Assembly: GCF_023055435.1 (NCBI RefSeq)
Contig: NW_025963879.1
Coordinates: forward strand, 15,438,001-15,502,000
DNA: 64,000 bases
Direction: 5' to 3'
From: Haliotis rufescens
Lineage: Eukaryota
Made by a program: the position numbers and the translations under genes. Positions 1-12,082 of the stretch are shown here, in pieces (position 1 is the stretch's first letter; the number at the start of each line of letters is the position of its first letter). The notes below the pieces were generated by a model, which worked only from the letters and a program-made list of their open reading frames with translations, made no database searches and had not been told where the DNA came from.

Positions 1-55
1 TGAGATGAAATGGGGTTTAACGTCGCGTTCAAGATTATTGCACTTATATGCGAAT
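1..55 (-). mobile_element. 3' tail fragment of V-SINE-like element
   Basis: Reverse complement matches the tail at ~9120-9180 (CGC-ATATAAGTGCAATAATCTTG-ACGCGACGTTAAACCCCATTTCA). Confidence 0.75.
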
Positions 56-114
56 ACGTACACAGGTTTGAATATACATGTGAGATGAAAACTATTTCGT
101 CATGAAAAATAATT

Positions 115-440
115 ATTCACATGTAAGACACTTATGCATTTGGCCCTGGTTGTTAAGGCAGAGAAGAATACCACGAAACTTGTGAGACACAGTCGACTTC
201 GGCGCTTAACGCTGAGATAAAAACCATGTCTACATGAGGAATATAAACATGTCAGAGACATAAGTCTCCGGCGGTTATGATGTCAAAACGATAGACATAG
301 ACATTTGAGACACATTTGCCTCGTGCGGTTAACGCAGAGATGAATACCATCTCTACATGAGAAATATAAACTTGTGAAACACATTTGCCTCCAGCAGTCA
401 ACCCAGAAATAAATACCATGTCTACATGAGAAATATAGTC
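115..440. repeat. Degenerate ~69-bp tandem repeat
   Basis: Recurrent AAACTTGTGARACACA...AATACCATSTCTACATGAGAAATATA units, 3-5 diverged copies. Seen as a 23-aa repeat in the minus ORF 252-584. Confidence 0.65.
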
Positions 441-3380
441 ATTTGCACAGAATTTATACATCGACGTTACAAAATACATTGATTTCAATGAACAGTTTGC
501 AGCCCAATTTCTTGTCGCTGTCACGCTACACCATGTAAATAAACAACTCATTCCTATAAAACCACAGGCACAGTTTTGACACACACTTTATGCAACTTTT
601 CGTCTTATATATTGAGAGGTCGATTGTCGTTGCGGATTTGAAACTTTTCCAAGGCCACAGACAAAACAGTGGCGAAAAATCCAGGTGTTGCTTATCATAG
701 ACACATTCTTTAACACGCCTGGCACAAATCAATCATTGTCTGTTATAGGTTACAATGAGAAGCCTCGGTCGTGATTATGGTCTGTGGTCGGCATCAGGAC
801 CATTGTAATTGTATTCCTATATGCAGCTACGAATCGTTCCACGCGTTTGTAATCTTAGATGATCTGGGTCATAAACATCCGTATGGAATATGTGTTGTCT
901 TTTGTAGAATCAGGTCAGACAGAGATAATAGCTTCGGCGGAGCAGAAAATCGACCCTTTAGTGTGGTAGTGGTCAGCAGGTTTAAAGATAGGAGTTTGTC
1001 TGTCATTAACTATAGTCAATGAGTAGTTACATTATCCAGCCATTATCAGAGCTAATAAAAAATGTGTCTCTTTGGCAGTGATGGGGCCCAAACGTAAACA
1101 TGGCCTACACACAATCAAAACAATACAAAAACACGCCCTATATCTCGTAACCCTCGAATCCAAATTTAATACTTCTGTAATAAACTTTTCGTATCTCACG
1201 TCATTACTTATTATTACGGTTAGAGATTTTAATAAGTATTCAAGTTTGGGTCAGGCGAACCAGTTATCCTGCGAGTTATCTCGGCAAACGTAGGGAGGAT
1301 TCCATAGTGGAACTGGGTTCAGTAGTTTCGCTAGTACATGTGGTTATCATATTACTCATGCCATGGTCGACAGTGATTATGACTTATACAATATGCTTTG
1401 GTTTCTAGGACGTACTCAGCATGGACTATTATGATTTATAATCGCCTGGTAACTCGCTACATATATCATATTTCAACAACATCATTAATAAACAAGGTAC
1501 ACAAAATTGGAAAAAAATGAAATTGTAATTTTCATCTCACTCAACAGAACTGTATCTAATAAAATGTCTGCTAACCACATTGCACGTAATTAAGCTTTAA
1601 CACATATGAAAAATGACTGTTTGTTTATTTCCTTCCATTGCGATGCTTAAAAAATACATATTCGCGTTGGATGTGATCGAAACTAGTATATCTTTCATAA
1701 TATTTGAATTAATTATTTCCAGTTTTAAAGTCAAGTTCACGTGCGTTGTGAATTCTAAGTTTTATGTCAATTTAACACTTACTGTAACCTGACTCTGATA
1801 ACGATTTTATATCTATGAAATATACCGACATCTGAAAATGACTGCTTGTTTATCATCTTCAAATAGGATTTAAAAAAATATATATTCGGGATCGATGACG
1901 GCCAAGGTAGTCAGTGTTTGCGTCCTAAGATGAACCCATCCTTTACCAATGTCATTGTCAAGTTCACAGGCGTTGTCAATGGCCCCGGTCTCCTCCACGC
2001 CAATCAGATCATCACCAATAATGCATTCTGGGATTCCAAATCGTGACCAACCTAGTAATTCAAGTGTTTTCGCCATACGTAACAGCCATCTAATCGTGGG
2101 ACCTTGGCGATAACGATGTCACCAAAAATACATCTCAAGGCCTTCACGGTAAAACCTACGCCAAATAATTGCTTTCATTCAAAATACAATTAGCCAAAAA
2201 ACGAAAGTTCTCTTTGAAACGGATGTATCAATAGGTTTATAATGGTGGTACACCAATGCACTTGAGGCAATAGCTTTACAAGGGGTTGAAGAAAATCGAC
2301 GTAAGGTTTAAAGAGATGACTTGCATTCATTTATTAAATTTGACACTTCGAAAAATAATTGCTGTCGTTGTATATGTGGGTACATGTTTATATTTGAAGA
2401 CAGATATGGTGACAATTTATACAATTGCACAACGTGACTCGTCCTGCTATTATTAGTTTTTGAGTACGTATTTTGTCTGAAAAACTTCCTAAATCAATAT
2501 TTCAAAGAAATGAGCATGAATCATAAGTGTCAGCCAGCTTTATAAATACCGATTAGTCATAGCCGAGGTAACACCCATGTACATTGTGATTAATAACATT
2601 GTGGCAAATATTTGACAAAATAAATAAAAATAAATTCGATATTGTCAAAGAGTAGCTGTAATTGATCCAGCAACGTCAAGCTGAATAACGAGATTGGAAT
2701 GTCCAACCCACCCAGATGATTGTCCCATGGATTCAGAACACGCGTGGGAAGAAGACGTTAAAATATGCATGTAATAAGACAAAGACACAAAGGCAGATTC
2801 TCCACTGCGGGGATGATAAGTAACTTCCTTTCTTACAATACCTAACAACACGCACAACTGTGTACATGGAGCAACCCGTTCTATAAATATTACTGCAGGC
2901 TGAGAAGGATATTGTACGGTGCTCGGGAGGGATATTGCACGTATGAAACACGCACCCAACAAAACCTGCACCGTATCCCCCTTCACCGCATCTACCTTCA
3001 CCTATGCCCTGTTCCTCGGGTACATTGTGTCTGACATTTCTTTATACTGAGGGGTTAGTACTGAATGTATGAATGTTTAGTTCCGCCAAGCCGCTCCTAC
3101 GCTAGCTGAGCTCACTGTCTGTGTGGTGCCAGTATCGATCGTGTACCTCATTGGCTGCTCAGGATGAATAATCATCACGTGGTCTTGTATACAAGAATAT
3201 AAGCGGGGAATACACATGCTCACAGCAATAGTAAAAGCTTTAGCTAGCAGACGACAGATTATCACACGAAGCAGCTAGCGCCCGCTGGACAACTCTCTGA
3301 TAAAGACAGCTTTGCAAGTCTTCCAAACTTGTTACCAGGATTTATTATTCAAGTCTTCCCGATTTTTCACAATTTCTTCG

Positions 3381-3921
3381 ATGAAATTACCGACGAGTAT
3401 CGTTATGCAGCAAGAACAACTCCTCCACGTGCTTCCAGAAAGAGTGTCGGCATCAGCACCTCACTCTCGGTCCTGCTCCTTCAAAAACCGGCCCCGACCC
3501 AAGTTGGAGCTTGATCTTGCCGATGCCAGACCACGGATCAATAGTATGCCAAACTGTTCAGTGTACCTCTCATTACCCGACGGACTTCATGGGGATCTTC
3601 GGATGTTCGGACAAAACGCCGGCTTCTTCCGAGTAAGATCCTTCAAGACAACCTCCAAGGGTGTTGTCAACCATGGCGACTCCTTCAAGAAGAGGAGCAC
3701 GGTCAGTTTGATGTCATCCGGCAGTACCGTCACAGAGAATGAGCAGAGACAAAGGACATTAAGTGTGGCATCAGAGGAGAGCACAGCCGTCAGTGGTGGG
3801 TCTTCAGCCGCGCCCTCCTACTTCAGGGTGGTGATGCTCGGTGCCCCCGGAGTCGGGAAAACCACCCTCACTCGGCAGTTCATGACATCGGAATATATGG
3901 GCTCCTACGATGTAATTACCC
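3381..3921 (+). CDS. RGK-family (Rad/Gem/Rem-like) small GTPase, coding exon 1
   Basis: First in-frame ATG at 3381 (MKLPTSIV...). Ser/Arg-rich N-terminal extension (RINSMP, RVRSF), then G1 P-loop VVMLGAPGVGKT. Donor C|GTAAGT at 3921/3922, phase 1. Confidence 0.9.
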
Positions 3922-5688
3922 GTAAGTACTATTCTTTTTAATACTTATTAACAATCTTACATCTTTTTAGGTAACCAACACCATTCGCCATACTACATAA
4001 AATAATCATATGATTACGTGTTATAGGATGACATCATATGCAAATTCACACGTTTAAGTGATTCAGTCGTTTCAATAGGATATCAGGATTTAAATATGTG
4101 AAATATTTTATCATATGAAAACATCATCTTGTCACCAAAATAGTGTTCCAAATCTGAGCCACCAACAATGAACCTCGCCAAAACAAGTATTTCGAAATAC
4201 TGCACTTGGGGCGAAATGTAGAGTCAGGAGCCACCACGAGATACGCACGCTGATGTCACAGCGTTATGTTGTCATCAGCTTTCGTTGTCTCGCTGACGAC
4301 ACTGACTCATCCATACCTTGCGGGCACAGATCGATACCAAGGCTGTGGGATAACGCTATACGTTTCACGTTTGCCTTTAATTATAGAATGTATTTATAAG
4401 ACCACAATGGCTATTCTAGTTCAACTGTGGGCGAGGGGCAGAAAATGAATCAATATTGTACATATTTGTGGCAAGTTGGAAGAACAGTTGGAAAACATGC
4501 CAGTAATTTAAGGCGCGATTTCACTACTCCCGCTCACGTTATTGGATAAATTAAGGCTGTGTTTTATTAATCGGTCTCAATATGAGAAAAAAGACTGATT
4601 ATAATCATCGGTCTCACTATGAGACATTCGTCTAGTTTCCTTTGGTAGCAGAACTCTAAATACAATATGCAAATAATCTTGAAATATATGGTACTAGGTG
4701 CATAACCTGATCTAGATGAATTTAAATAATGTTTGTAGATTATATACATATAATTATTATCAGAGGTTAATGCTGCCAATTATGATAGTAGGCAAACAAA
4801 TAAGTCATTTTCTTGGCCTACTCATCTCTAGACAATACGTCATATCCCCAATTTGTCCTATGACGTCAGTTTTCTATCCTCACCTGATGTGACGTGTACC
4901 AACCGATCGATACGAGGCTTTCTTAGCTTTCGCCCAGGAGCGTGTTTCTTGGCCGTCTTTATATAGCCGTCAAAGACAATTCTCCGAATTATTGACTTTT
5001 TAATCGGGTTTCTGGAGGAAAACAGCCTTAAGTAGCCCCTGAGTCCTTTTTTTCGTTGAACACGACCGGCATTTCTCAAATTGATTGGACGTAGAGATCG
5101 ATACTGGACAATGATAGGAAGGTTTTATACGTTTGGAAAAATACAGCAATGGGTGTTATAATGCGCACAATATTAAATGATTTCATAACGGTTGTATAAT
5201 TTTCATTATTCAGACCATACTTCAAAGGTATCACATTCTGTTTCCGATTTTCATACGGTACATATATCAATAAGCCACGTGCTGTAAACATTCATGTTAC
5301 TCTGCGATCAAGAACAGATGTTCAGTGCATTTTGATTAATACGCCACGCTCAGCGAAAGGGTCTGTCTAGGAGGTGAAAGGTGACGGCTACAATATCATT
5401 GTCTGTAACAGATGTTTCCATGTTATAATCAAAGTGACGGCAATTCAGCCTTATCTTCGATTGTTTTGGTCTGCATCGTCAGCTTCATTGGGTAGCATAC
5501 ATTGTATTCCTTTCACGACATGTGGGCATAGTCAAGGTTATAGTGCTAAAAGCACCATATTACAAATCTTCTAGATCAATTGATCTGTACAAATGTTCGT
5601 TCTGCGTCCTATTTTACAAATTGTTTAGAATCGATCTTTTGGTTTGACATACCTTTGTATTTATTTATTTTTTACTTTATTTCAACAG

Positions 5689-5774
5689 CTGATCCCGACG
5701 AGCAGGATGATTCAATTGTGTCCGTCATGTTAGACGGAGAAGAATCGATGATGGAGTTTATCGATAACCCCGAG
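5689..5774 (+). CDS. RGK-family GTPase, coding exon 2
   Basis: T-rich tract and acceptor CAACAG|CT at 5688/5689. Encodes PDPDEQDDSIVSVMLDGEESMMEFIDNPE (Ras-like V-x-LDGEE strand, atypical G3). Donor GAG|GTGAGT, phase 0. Confidence 0.9.
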
Positions 5775-6146
5775 GTGAGTTGAAAAATGTCACTTCAGCT
5801 TAAAACGAGTTAAAGTAGGTCTTTGGATCCTTTAAGTGATATCTTTACCGTACATATTAGTATCGAATCCTAAAACAGAATGAACATGTCTTGAATGTTT
5901 ACACTCCCTTGTAATTGAACATTACACGCAAATAGCTGACATACACATATTACTTCCCTTGCATTCTCCCGCTTCAATTCAGTTAGTTTCGGGTTTAAAA
6001 AAAGGTAACTGTCTCTTGATTTCTTGGGCCTTCATCTATAATAAGATAAAATATAATTACGAAAATAACTAATACACATAAAAAGACCTGATAGAACACA
6101 AATGCGGTTTAAAAGTCTTATAGCTTATACGTATTTACTTTTTCAG

Positions 6147-6333
6147 GACTGTGATTTTGATGACCTCCGAGTCGATGCGTATGTCGTGGCCTTTTCCATC
6201 ACAGACCATGACTCATTTGAGACTGCCGTGAACATGGTGCGCCAGCTCCGGGTAGAATTAGGAACAGACCGAGCTATCATCCTTGTTGCTAACAAGACAG
6301 ATCTTGTTCGGCAACGTCGAGTACCATCATCAG
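6147..6333 (+). CDS. RGK-family GTPase, coding exon 3
   Basis: Acceptor TTTTCAG|GAC. Encodes DAYVVAFSITD...AIILVANKTDLVRQRRV (G4 NKxD). Donor G|GTACGT, phase 1. Confidence 0.92.
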
Positions 6334-6609
6334 GTACGTAAACATTTGTTAGAAGTTTACATGATTACTCTTCAGCTATGAAATCGGATTTGAAATACAT
6401 GTTGATAATTTCTCCGTTATCCATTGGTAAATGTCAGCGTGGAAACCTGAAAATATTTTTGCTTGTATATGATTTCGAACTGTTATCCACCACGATGCCA
6501 TAGGTTCAGAAATTCCCATTTTGTTTCCATGTGTATATTTCCCTGTATCTTTAGTTAATAAACGAAACATAAACATAGTTACTCATGTCACATTGATTTC
6601 GTGTTTCAG

Positions 6610-6863
6610 AGGCTAAGGTTATCGCCATGAAGTATGACTGCAAATACACAGAGACATCCGTTGCCATCAACCATCATGTGGACGAACTTTTAGTAGGGAT
6701 ACTCAGCCAAATTCGCTTCAAGCTCAACATCCCAGTTCACCAGGTTGTGCTTACGGAGAAACCTAAAGAGAAACTATCCCCGAAAAGAGCAATGCTGTTT
6801 CTGAGTAAACTGTTCAAGCAAGCAAGTCGAAAATCAAAATCCTGTGACAATCTCTTCGTTTGA
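6610..6863 (+). CDS. RGK-family GTPase, terminal coding exon 4
   Basis: Acceptor TTTCAG|AG completes GAG. Encodes EAKVIAMKYDCKYTETSVAINHHVDELLVGILSQIR (G5 ETS) and basic tail ending KSKSCDNLFV*, matching the RGK KSKSCHxLxV-type terminus. Four exons sum to 1068 nt (355 aa + stop). Confidence 0.92.
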
Positions 6864-7158
6864 TTTGCCTTGTCGGCATGTTAGAACACCACTGCCTTGA
6901 GTTTTGATGCGATGTTAAGCTATGTTCCACCGTTCCCGGGATGTTAGTTCCTGCTTATACAACGACAAAGACGATTTCCACTGCTGTTGACAATCCCATA
7001 GTTTAATCATCCGTCCACATCAAGGCGTAATAATCACACATCAGCCTTCACCGCCAGGGCGACACACAGACAATCATTCCAAGGTATGGACAGTAGCATT
7101 TCCTTTTTTAATCCTCCTTAATAATATTCTCAACAGTTCAAAATGTCATAAAGTCCTG

Positions 7159-7164
7159 AATAAA
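7159..7164 (+). promoter_or_regulatory. Candidate polyadenylation signal AATAAA of the RGK gene (alternatives near 7570 and 8042)
   Basis: AATAAA hexamers in the AT-rich region downstream of the stop. Which one is used cannot be told from sequence. Confidence 0.35.
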
Positions 7165-8089
7165 AAAAATGTTTTAATTCCTACAGTTCCAAATGACATA
7201 GCGATACTTTTCTTTAAAAAATCCCGGAAATACAAAATAACACGAATTACATCTGATATATATCTTCTTCTAACAAGTAAAACAATCCTTTATGTTTTTA
7301 TCCTTAACATAACGTAGGACTATATTTCTTCACAAAATGAACAGTGGTGATATCCTTTGCTTTTCTTCATATATTTGCCATATATTTTATGATCTTTGTG
7401 TTATTCTTTCAGTCGTCATTCCCAGAATCAGAAAGAATGCTCCATGACGCCTCGCCGTGGAGATCACATCACTGCACCAAACGGGAAACAATACCAAATA
7501 AGGTGTGTAGTTGTACTCATTGAAAAAAAGTTACGTATGGATTATTGTAAATGATTTATTCAATTCAGAAATAAAATAAAATATTTGCATACTTAATTTA
7601 AATATTATTATTGAGATTATATTAAAATTAGGATTCAAATAAAACGCAAAAGATATTAAAACGAAATAAGGGAATTAAATTGCATTTGACATTTGACATT
7701 TGACTTATGGTGTTTCTTCTGTATTACAGGTGCCGTAACTGACTTCGATTAAGTTTATCAGAAACGTGTTCAACCAAGTGTCACGTCACGAAGACGACCG
7801 TCACAACCAGTGAAATTATCCGAACTATTTCAATTCGATCCAGAAGTGATAGTTTCAGATTGACGATTGAACAACATCATACAATCATGATATTTCACCT
7901 TATCATCTGATAGTTAAGCAGATGACATCAAATGACTTTTGAAGTTGTTTTATCACCTGGCGATGTGTGACCATCCTCATCGCATTTCCCAAATCGGGAC
8001 CAATCTGTATATAGCTTTTTGTATAATATTGTCCAAATGCAAATAAAATTTCTTACTTCTTCTAACATTTTATCTCTATATTATTTTAC

Positions 8090-8310
8090 AACCTATGCTT
8101 GTCGTACGAGGCGAGTTGATAACTGGGGTGGTCAGACTTGGTGACTTGTCATGGTACCCGACGATGATCTTTGCTCACAACACCAATCTCATGTTTGTCT
8201 GGTCAAATGGGAGATACCTATAGGCCATCGTCATAAAACTGGAATATGGACGAGTTCGGCGTTAATTAACAAACACTCAAACACACACAAATAAACAAAC
8301 GAGCAAACGC
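8090..8310 (+). mobile_element. Degenerate copy of non-tRNA-headed SINE-like family
   Basis: ATGCTTGTCGTACGAGGCGA...GGTGGTCAGACT...GGAATAT...GGCGTTAA followed by an AAAC-type tail. Confidence 0.65.
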
Positions 8311-8830
8311 AAAGGCTTACAGAAACAACAATTTATGAATTTGAATTTGCGTTTCTTGAAAACATTTCAAGGTTATAATCATTTCTCGTACATGTGTAGA
8401 ATTACAATAACTGAAATAATGTAATCCTTTGTCTCTGGGATATAGCAATTCTTAATGCCAGGCAAAACTTCAAATTCGTGCGTGTGATATTACCTTATAA
8501 AAACCAACAACATTTACTGAAGTCTGTATAATCTTTTGTATATCGATTTAACATAGAAGTCAATATCTCATACAAATACAGTTATGAGTAGGGCTTCAGT
8601 TATTCATATCCATATCATGTTGTTTCTATATGAAGAACTAATTCTAAATACTGGACCTGCAATTTGGAGTACACCAGGAGGACAATCACGACCAAGCGAT
8701 CAATACCAGCTGTGTCTGCACATACAGTCTCTATGGTACTGGGGAAATATAGTCACATCTGTCACGACATAGTAGAAGACTGTAACAAACACATGACGCT
8801 GGCACACCCGTACATTTTGTTAAGCCATCA

Positions 8831-9181
8831 GGCCGCCTGCGTGGTCTAGTGGTAGAGCGTCCGCCGGGAGAGCGAAAGGTCCGGGGTTCGATCCCCGGCC
8901 GCGTCATACCAAAATACGTTAAAAGATGGTACTTGTTGTTACCCTGTCTGGCGCTCGGCATTAAGGGGCTTAAACAAGGACTGGTCGGCTCGGAGTCAGT
9001 ATACTGTGTCTGAGTGGGGTATCCATGTTAAACTGCGGCATGGTATCTCAGTGAGCTAGCACTATAAATCGGCATCAGTCCGGACTAGTACAAGCAGCCA
9101 AACACACACGTACATGCACGTCGCTATATAAGTGCAATAATCTTGGACGCGACGTTAAACCCCATTTCACCTCACCTCACC
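8831..9181 (+). mobile_element. Full-length tRNA-derived V-SINE-like element with 14-bp TSD
   Basis: A box TGGTCTAGTGG, B box GTTCGATCC, V-domain-like GTCATACCAAAA...ATGGTAC...TGGCGCTCGGCATTAAGG, (CACCT)n tail. TSD TTGTTAAGCCATCA at 8817-8830 and 9182-9195. Confidence 0.9.
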
Positions 9182-10300
9182 TTGTTAAGCCATCAACACT
9201 TCAACACTAAACGAAATGAGTGATACCTCAAGTGGTTTGATAAAATACATGGGCTGTATTCGGCTTTTCTCGGCAAATAACATCATGTCTATCTCATCGA
9301 GTGACCTCACACAATTCATATTTTGAAAATATTTGCTCGGTTCATGAGAGGAGTTAAACATGTTATTTGACAAGAAAAGCAAAGTGTTCTGTTTGATATG
9401 AATGTTCGCACTGATCTCTCGATTCTTAGTATTTTTGTCTGCATCCCATACAATCAATAGCGTGGAAGAACTCCTTTCAATATAGTCCTATCTCAAGCTG
9501 CTTATAACTGGTCGAGTAACTTTTTTTGTTATCGTCACACGATTCTCACAATGAAGGTACATGTTCAAGTAGGCACGAACTGACATGGTTCCGCCTTGTG
9601 TGCGTGGGAAGTACTTCACAGCAGACAATCTTGAAGAGGTGTGATTGCAATGGTGGGTGTTCGTGTTTGGAGCTAGGTTGTACACACAATATATATGCAC
9701 ATATTTGACTCCAAATATCATTTGACTACACTTGCCAACACCATTTTATGTGTATAAGAATAGATACAAATGGTAAAAAACTACCGGGCAGAAGCAAGTA
9801 TACAACATATTTGATGGAACAAACAAAAAATTGTTACTCGATGGTGATATATTTGATACGGGTATCTAATTGTGTTTTAGACCTAAAGTTTCGGCTAGTG
9901 TTTTCAGCCTGGCAACGTTCGTGGATTTTCAGTCAAATCCAGTTTATGCCGTCTTTCAAGAGTATACTTTCTAACAGCCAAATACGATAGCGAGATCAGG
10001 TGCACGATTATAAACAAATGTCTGTGCCTGGCTTGTCTTACACGAATTAACTTATTGGGCGTCGTACTTTTTCATCTTATGTGTTATTTTCATCATTTAC
10101 ATATAATATTTGTTGTTGTTTACTGGTTGCAAAAGAAGTAATCGATGTATATTTTGTTGCCATGGGAGAGGATCTTTGTTGACAGGACCAAATAGATTAA
10201 GTTACTTACACCAAATTGCGCTTTATCCAACTCTACTGTGCAGTAGTGGTTGAGAAAGCGAAATCTGCCTAAAGGAATAAAAACCAAGAGTAATGAAATC

Positions 10301-10560
10301 GACCCGAGAAGATTCCGGGGTAGAATTGGTCTTCAGCAACCCATACTTGACGTAAAAGGCGACTAACGGGATCGGGTGGTCGGGCTCGCTGACTTGGTTG
10401 ATGCCTGTCATCGATCCCAATTGCGTGGATCGATGCTCATGATGTCAATTACTGGATTGTCTGGTCCAGACTCGATTATTTTACAGACCGCCGTCATATA
10501 GCTGGAATATTGCTGAGTGCGGCCTTAAACAACAAACAAACAAATAAACAAACAAACAAA
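10301..10560 (+). mobile_element. Non-tRNA-headed SINE-like element (single-hairpin variant)
   Basis: ACCCG-GAAGAT-CCGGGGTAGAAT...GGCGACTAACGGGATCGGGTGGTC... with (AAAC)n tail. Many similar copies in the window. Confidence 0.85.
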
Positions 10561-11744
10561 GTAAAGAAATATTTCCTTTGTGTCACCTTCTATCTTTATC
10601 ATTTATGTGTGTATTAGTTATAAATATCATTGTTTTTGTGAGTGAGTGAGTGGGTAAGTGAGTGAGCTGGACTAACGGGGTGTGCTGAGCAGTGATTCAC
10701 ACTTTAAACGCGAGTTGAAGCATCCAGCATGAAAAACAAAACAGGCATTATTACGTCATCTCTTTAGCTTACTTTGTTTCAAATTGGCATTGTCTGTACA
10801 TGGGAACACATGGGAACACAGACTACCCGCTTAAACCAGTGTCCTTAAACCCATGTTGAGGGTCATTTATAATTATGTTATGAAAATGTAGTCGTTTTTC
10901 ATCAGCTATCTAATGTACGACGTCATCTGTTATTTATCACCATTGTACTGTAGCAGCTCTTCAAAGTAGGTGTCATTTGAGATTTATTATGTCCTTAAAA
11001 TCACATGTCCCTCCCTTGTACAACACTCATACATCATTCCGTATTAATTTTGTCATATTCTTAATCAATAATCAAACACGTCCAACTGTGTTAAACATAC
11101 ACTGCAAAAGCCACATCAACCCATGTCTGGAGAACGACATGCGTGTATGTTCATGCCAGGCTTAATGTTATATCAATGAGATATTCTGTCACTGTATTTC
11201 CTGGAACATCATATTATATGATATAATGAATGGAGCATCGTGGTAACATCGAGTGATACACGTAGCTGCCACCGCGTGCTACATCTTCACGTGGTATTAG
11301 TAATGTGTCTTTTCTTAGAGACAAGAAAATCAATAGCTTCCTGTTAAAGTTTTAAGAGCAGTATTTGTCTTTATATTACATGTTGGTAGTATTTTGACAT
11401 TTGACACACTGGCTGTATTTGAAAAAAAAAGAAATCTAAAAATTTCCTAATAGGAAATTTGAGACTTGCTGCAGTCGCGATGTAGCACAGAACATATTTG
11501 TCAGATGAAACGAAGAGGCAAATGCGTATGTCGTTACTAGATCGTACGCACGTATGTCTTATATATGTGTACATATATTGAAGTACGAAATGTGAGTCAC
11601 GTTCCAGAACTTATGATTACAAATTGTCACGTGTCAGGCATCAGGGATAACATACTTGTAATTTGGAGTAAAAGTTTTTCCGAAGATGTTAAGTTATTGT
11701 AATCGTTAGCCGAATATAATTCGTTGTTATATCCAGGAAGCGTT

Positions 11745-12082
11745 TACTCCGAAAATATTGCCTTGTCATATACAATAAGCGTTTCTCCGAAGATATTGCC
11801 TTGTGATATACAGTAGGCGTTTCTCTGAAGATATTGCCCTGTGATACACAGCAATCGTTTCTCCGAAGATATTGCCCTGTGATATACAGGAATCGTTTCT
11901 CCAAAGGTATTGCCTGTGAAAAATAGGAATCGTTTCTCCGAAGATATTGCCTTGTGATATACAGAAAACTGTTTCTCCAAAGATATTGCCCTGTGATATA
12001 CGGGAAATGTTTCTCCAAAGACATTGTCATGCCATGTGATATACTGGAAACGTTTCTCTGAAGATATTGCCTTGTATGTGAT
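11745..12082. repeat. 38-bp minisatellite, ~8-9 units
   Basis: Unit ~CGTTTCTCCGAAGATATTGCCYTGTGATATACAGGAAT repeating at ~38-bp spacing (11781, 11819, ~11857...). Confidence 0.9.

Noticed and set aside
1870-2160. GC-richer stretch with a 68-aa minus ORF upstream of RGK
   Set aside because: No recognisable motif or consistent splice sites, so it cannot be supported as coding.
3312-3380. N-terminal extension of the RGK ORF from the track start at 3312
   Set aside because: 3312 is a TTG. The first in-frame ATG is at 3381.
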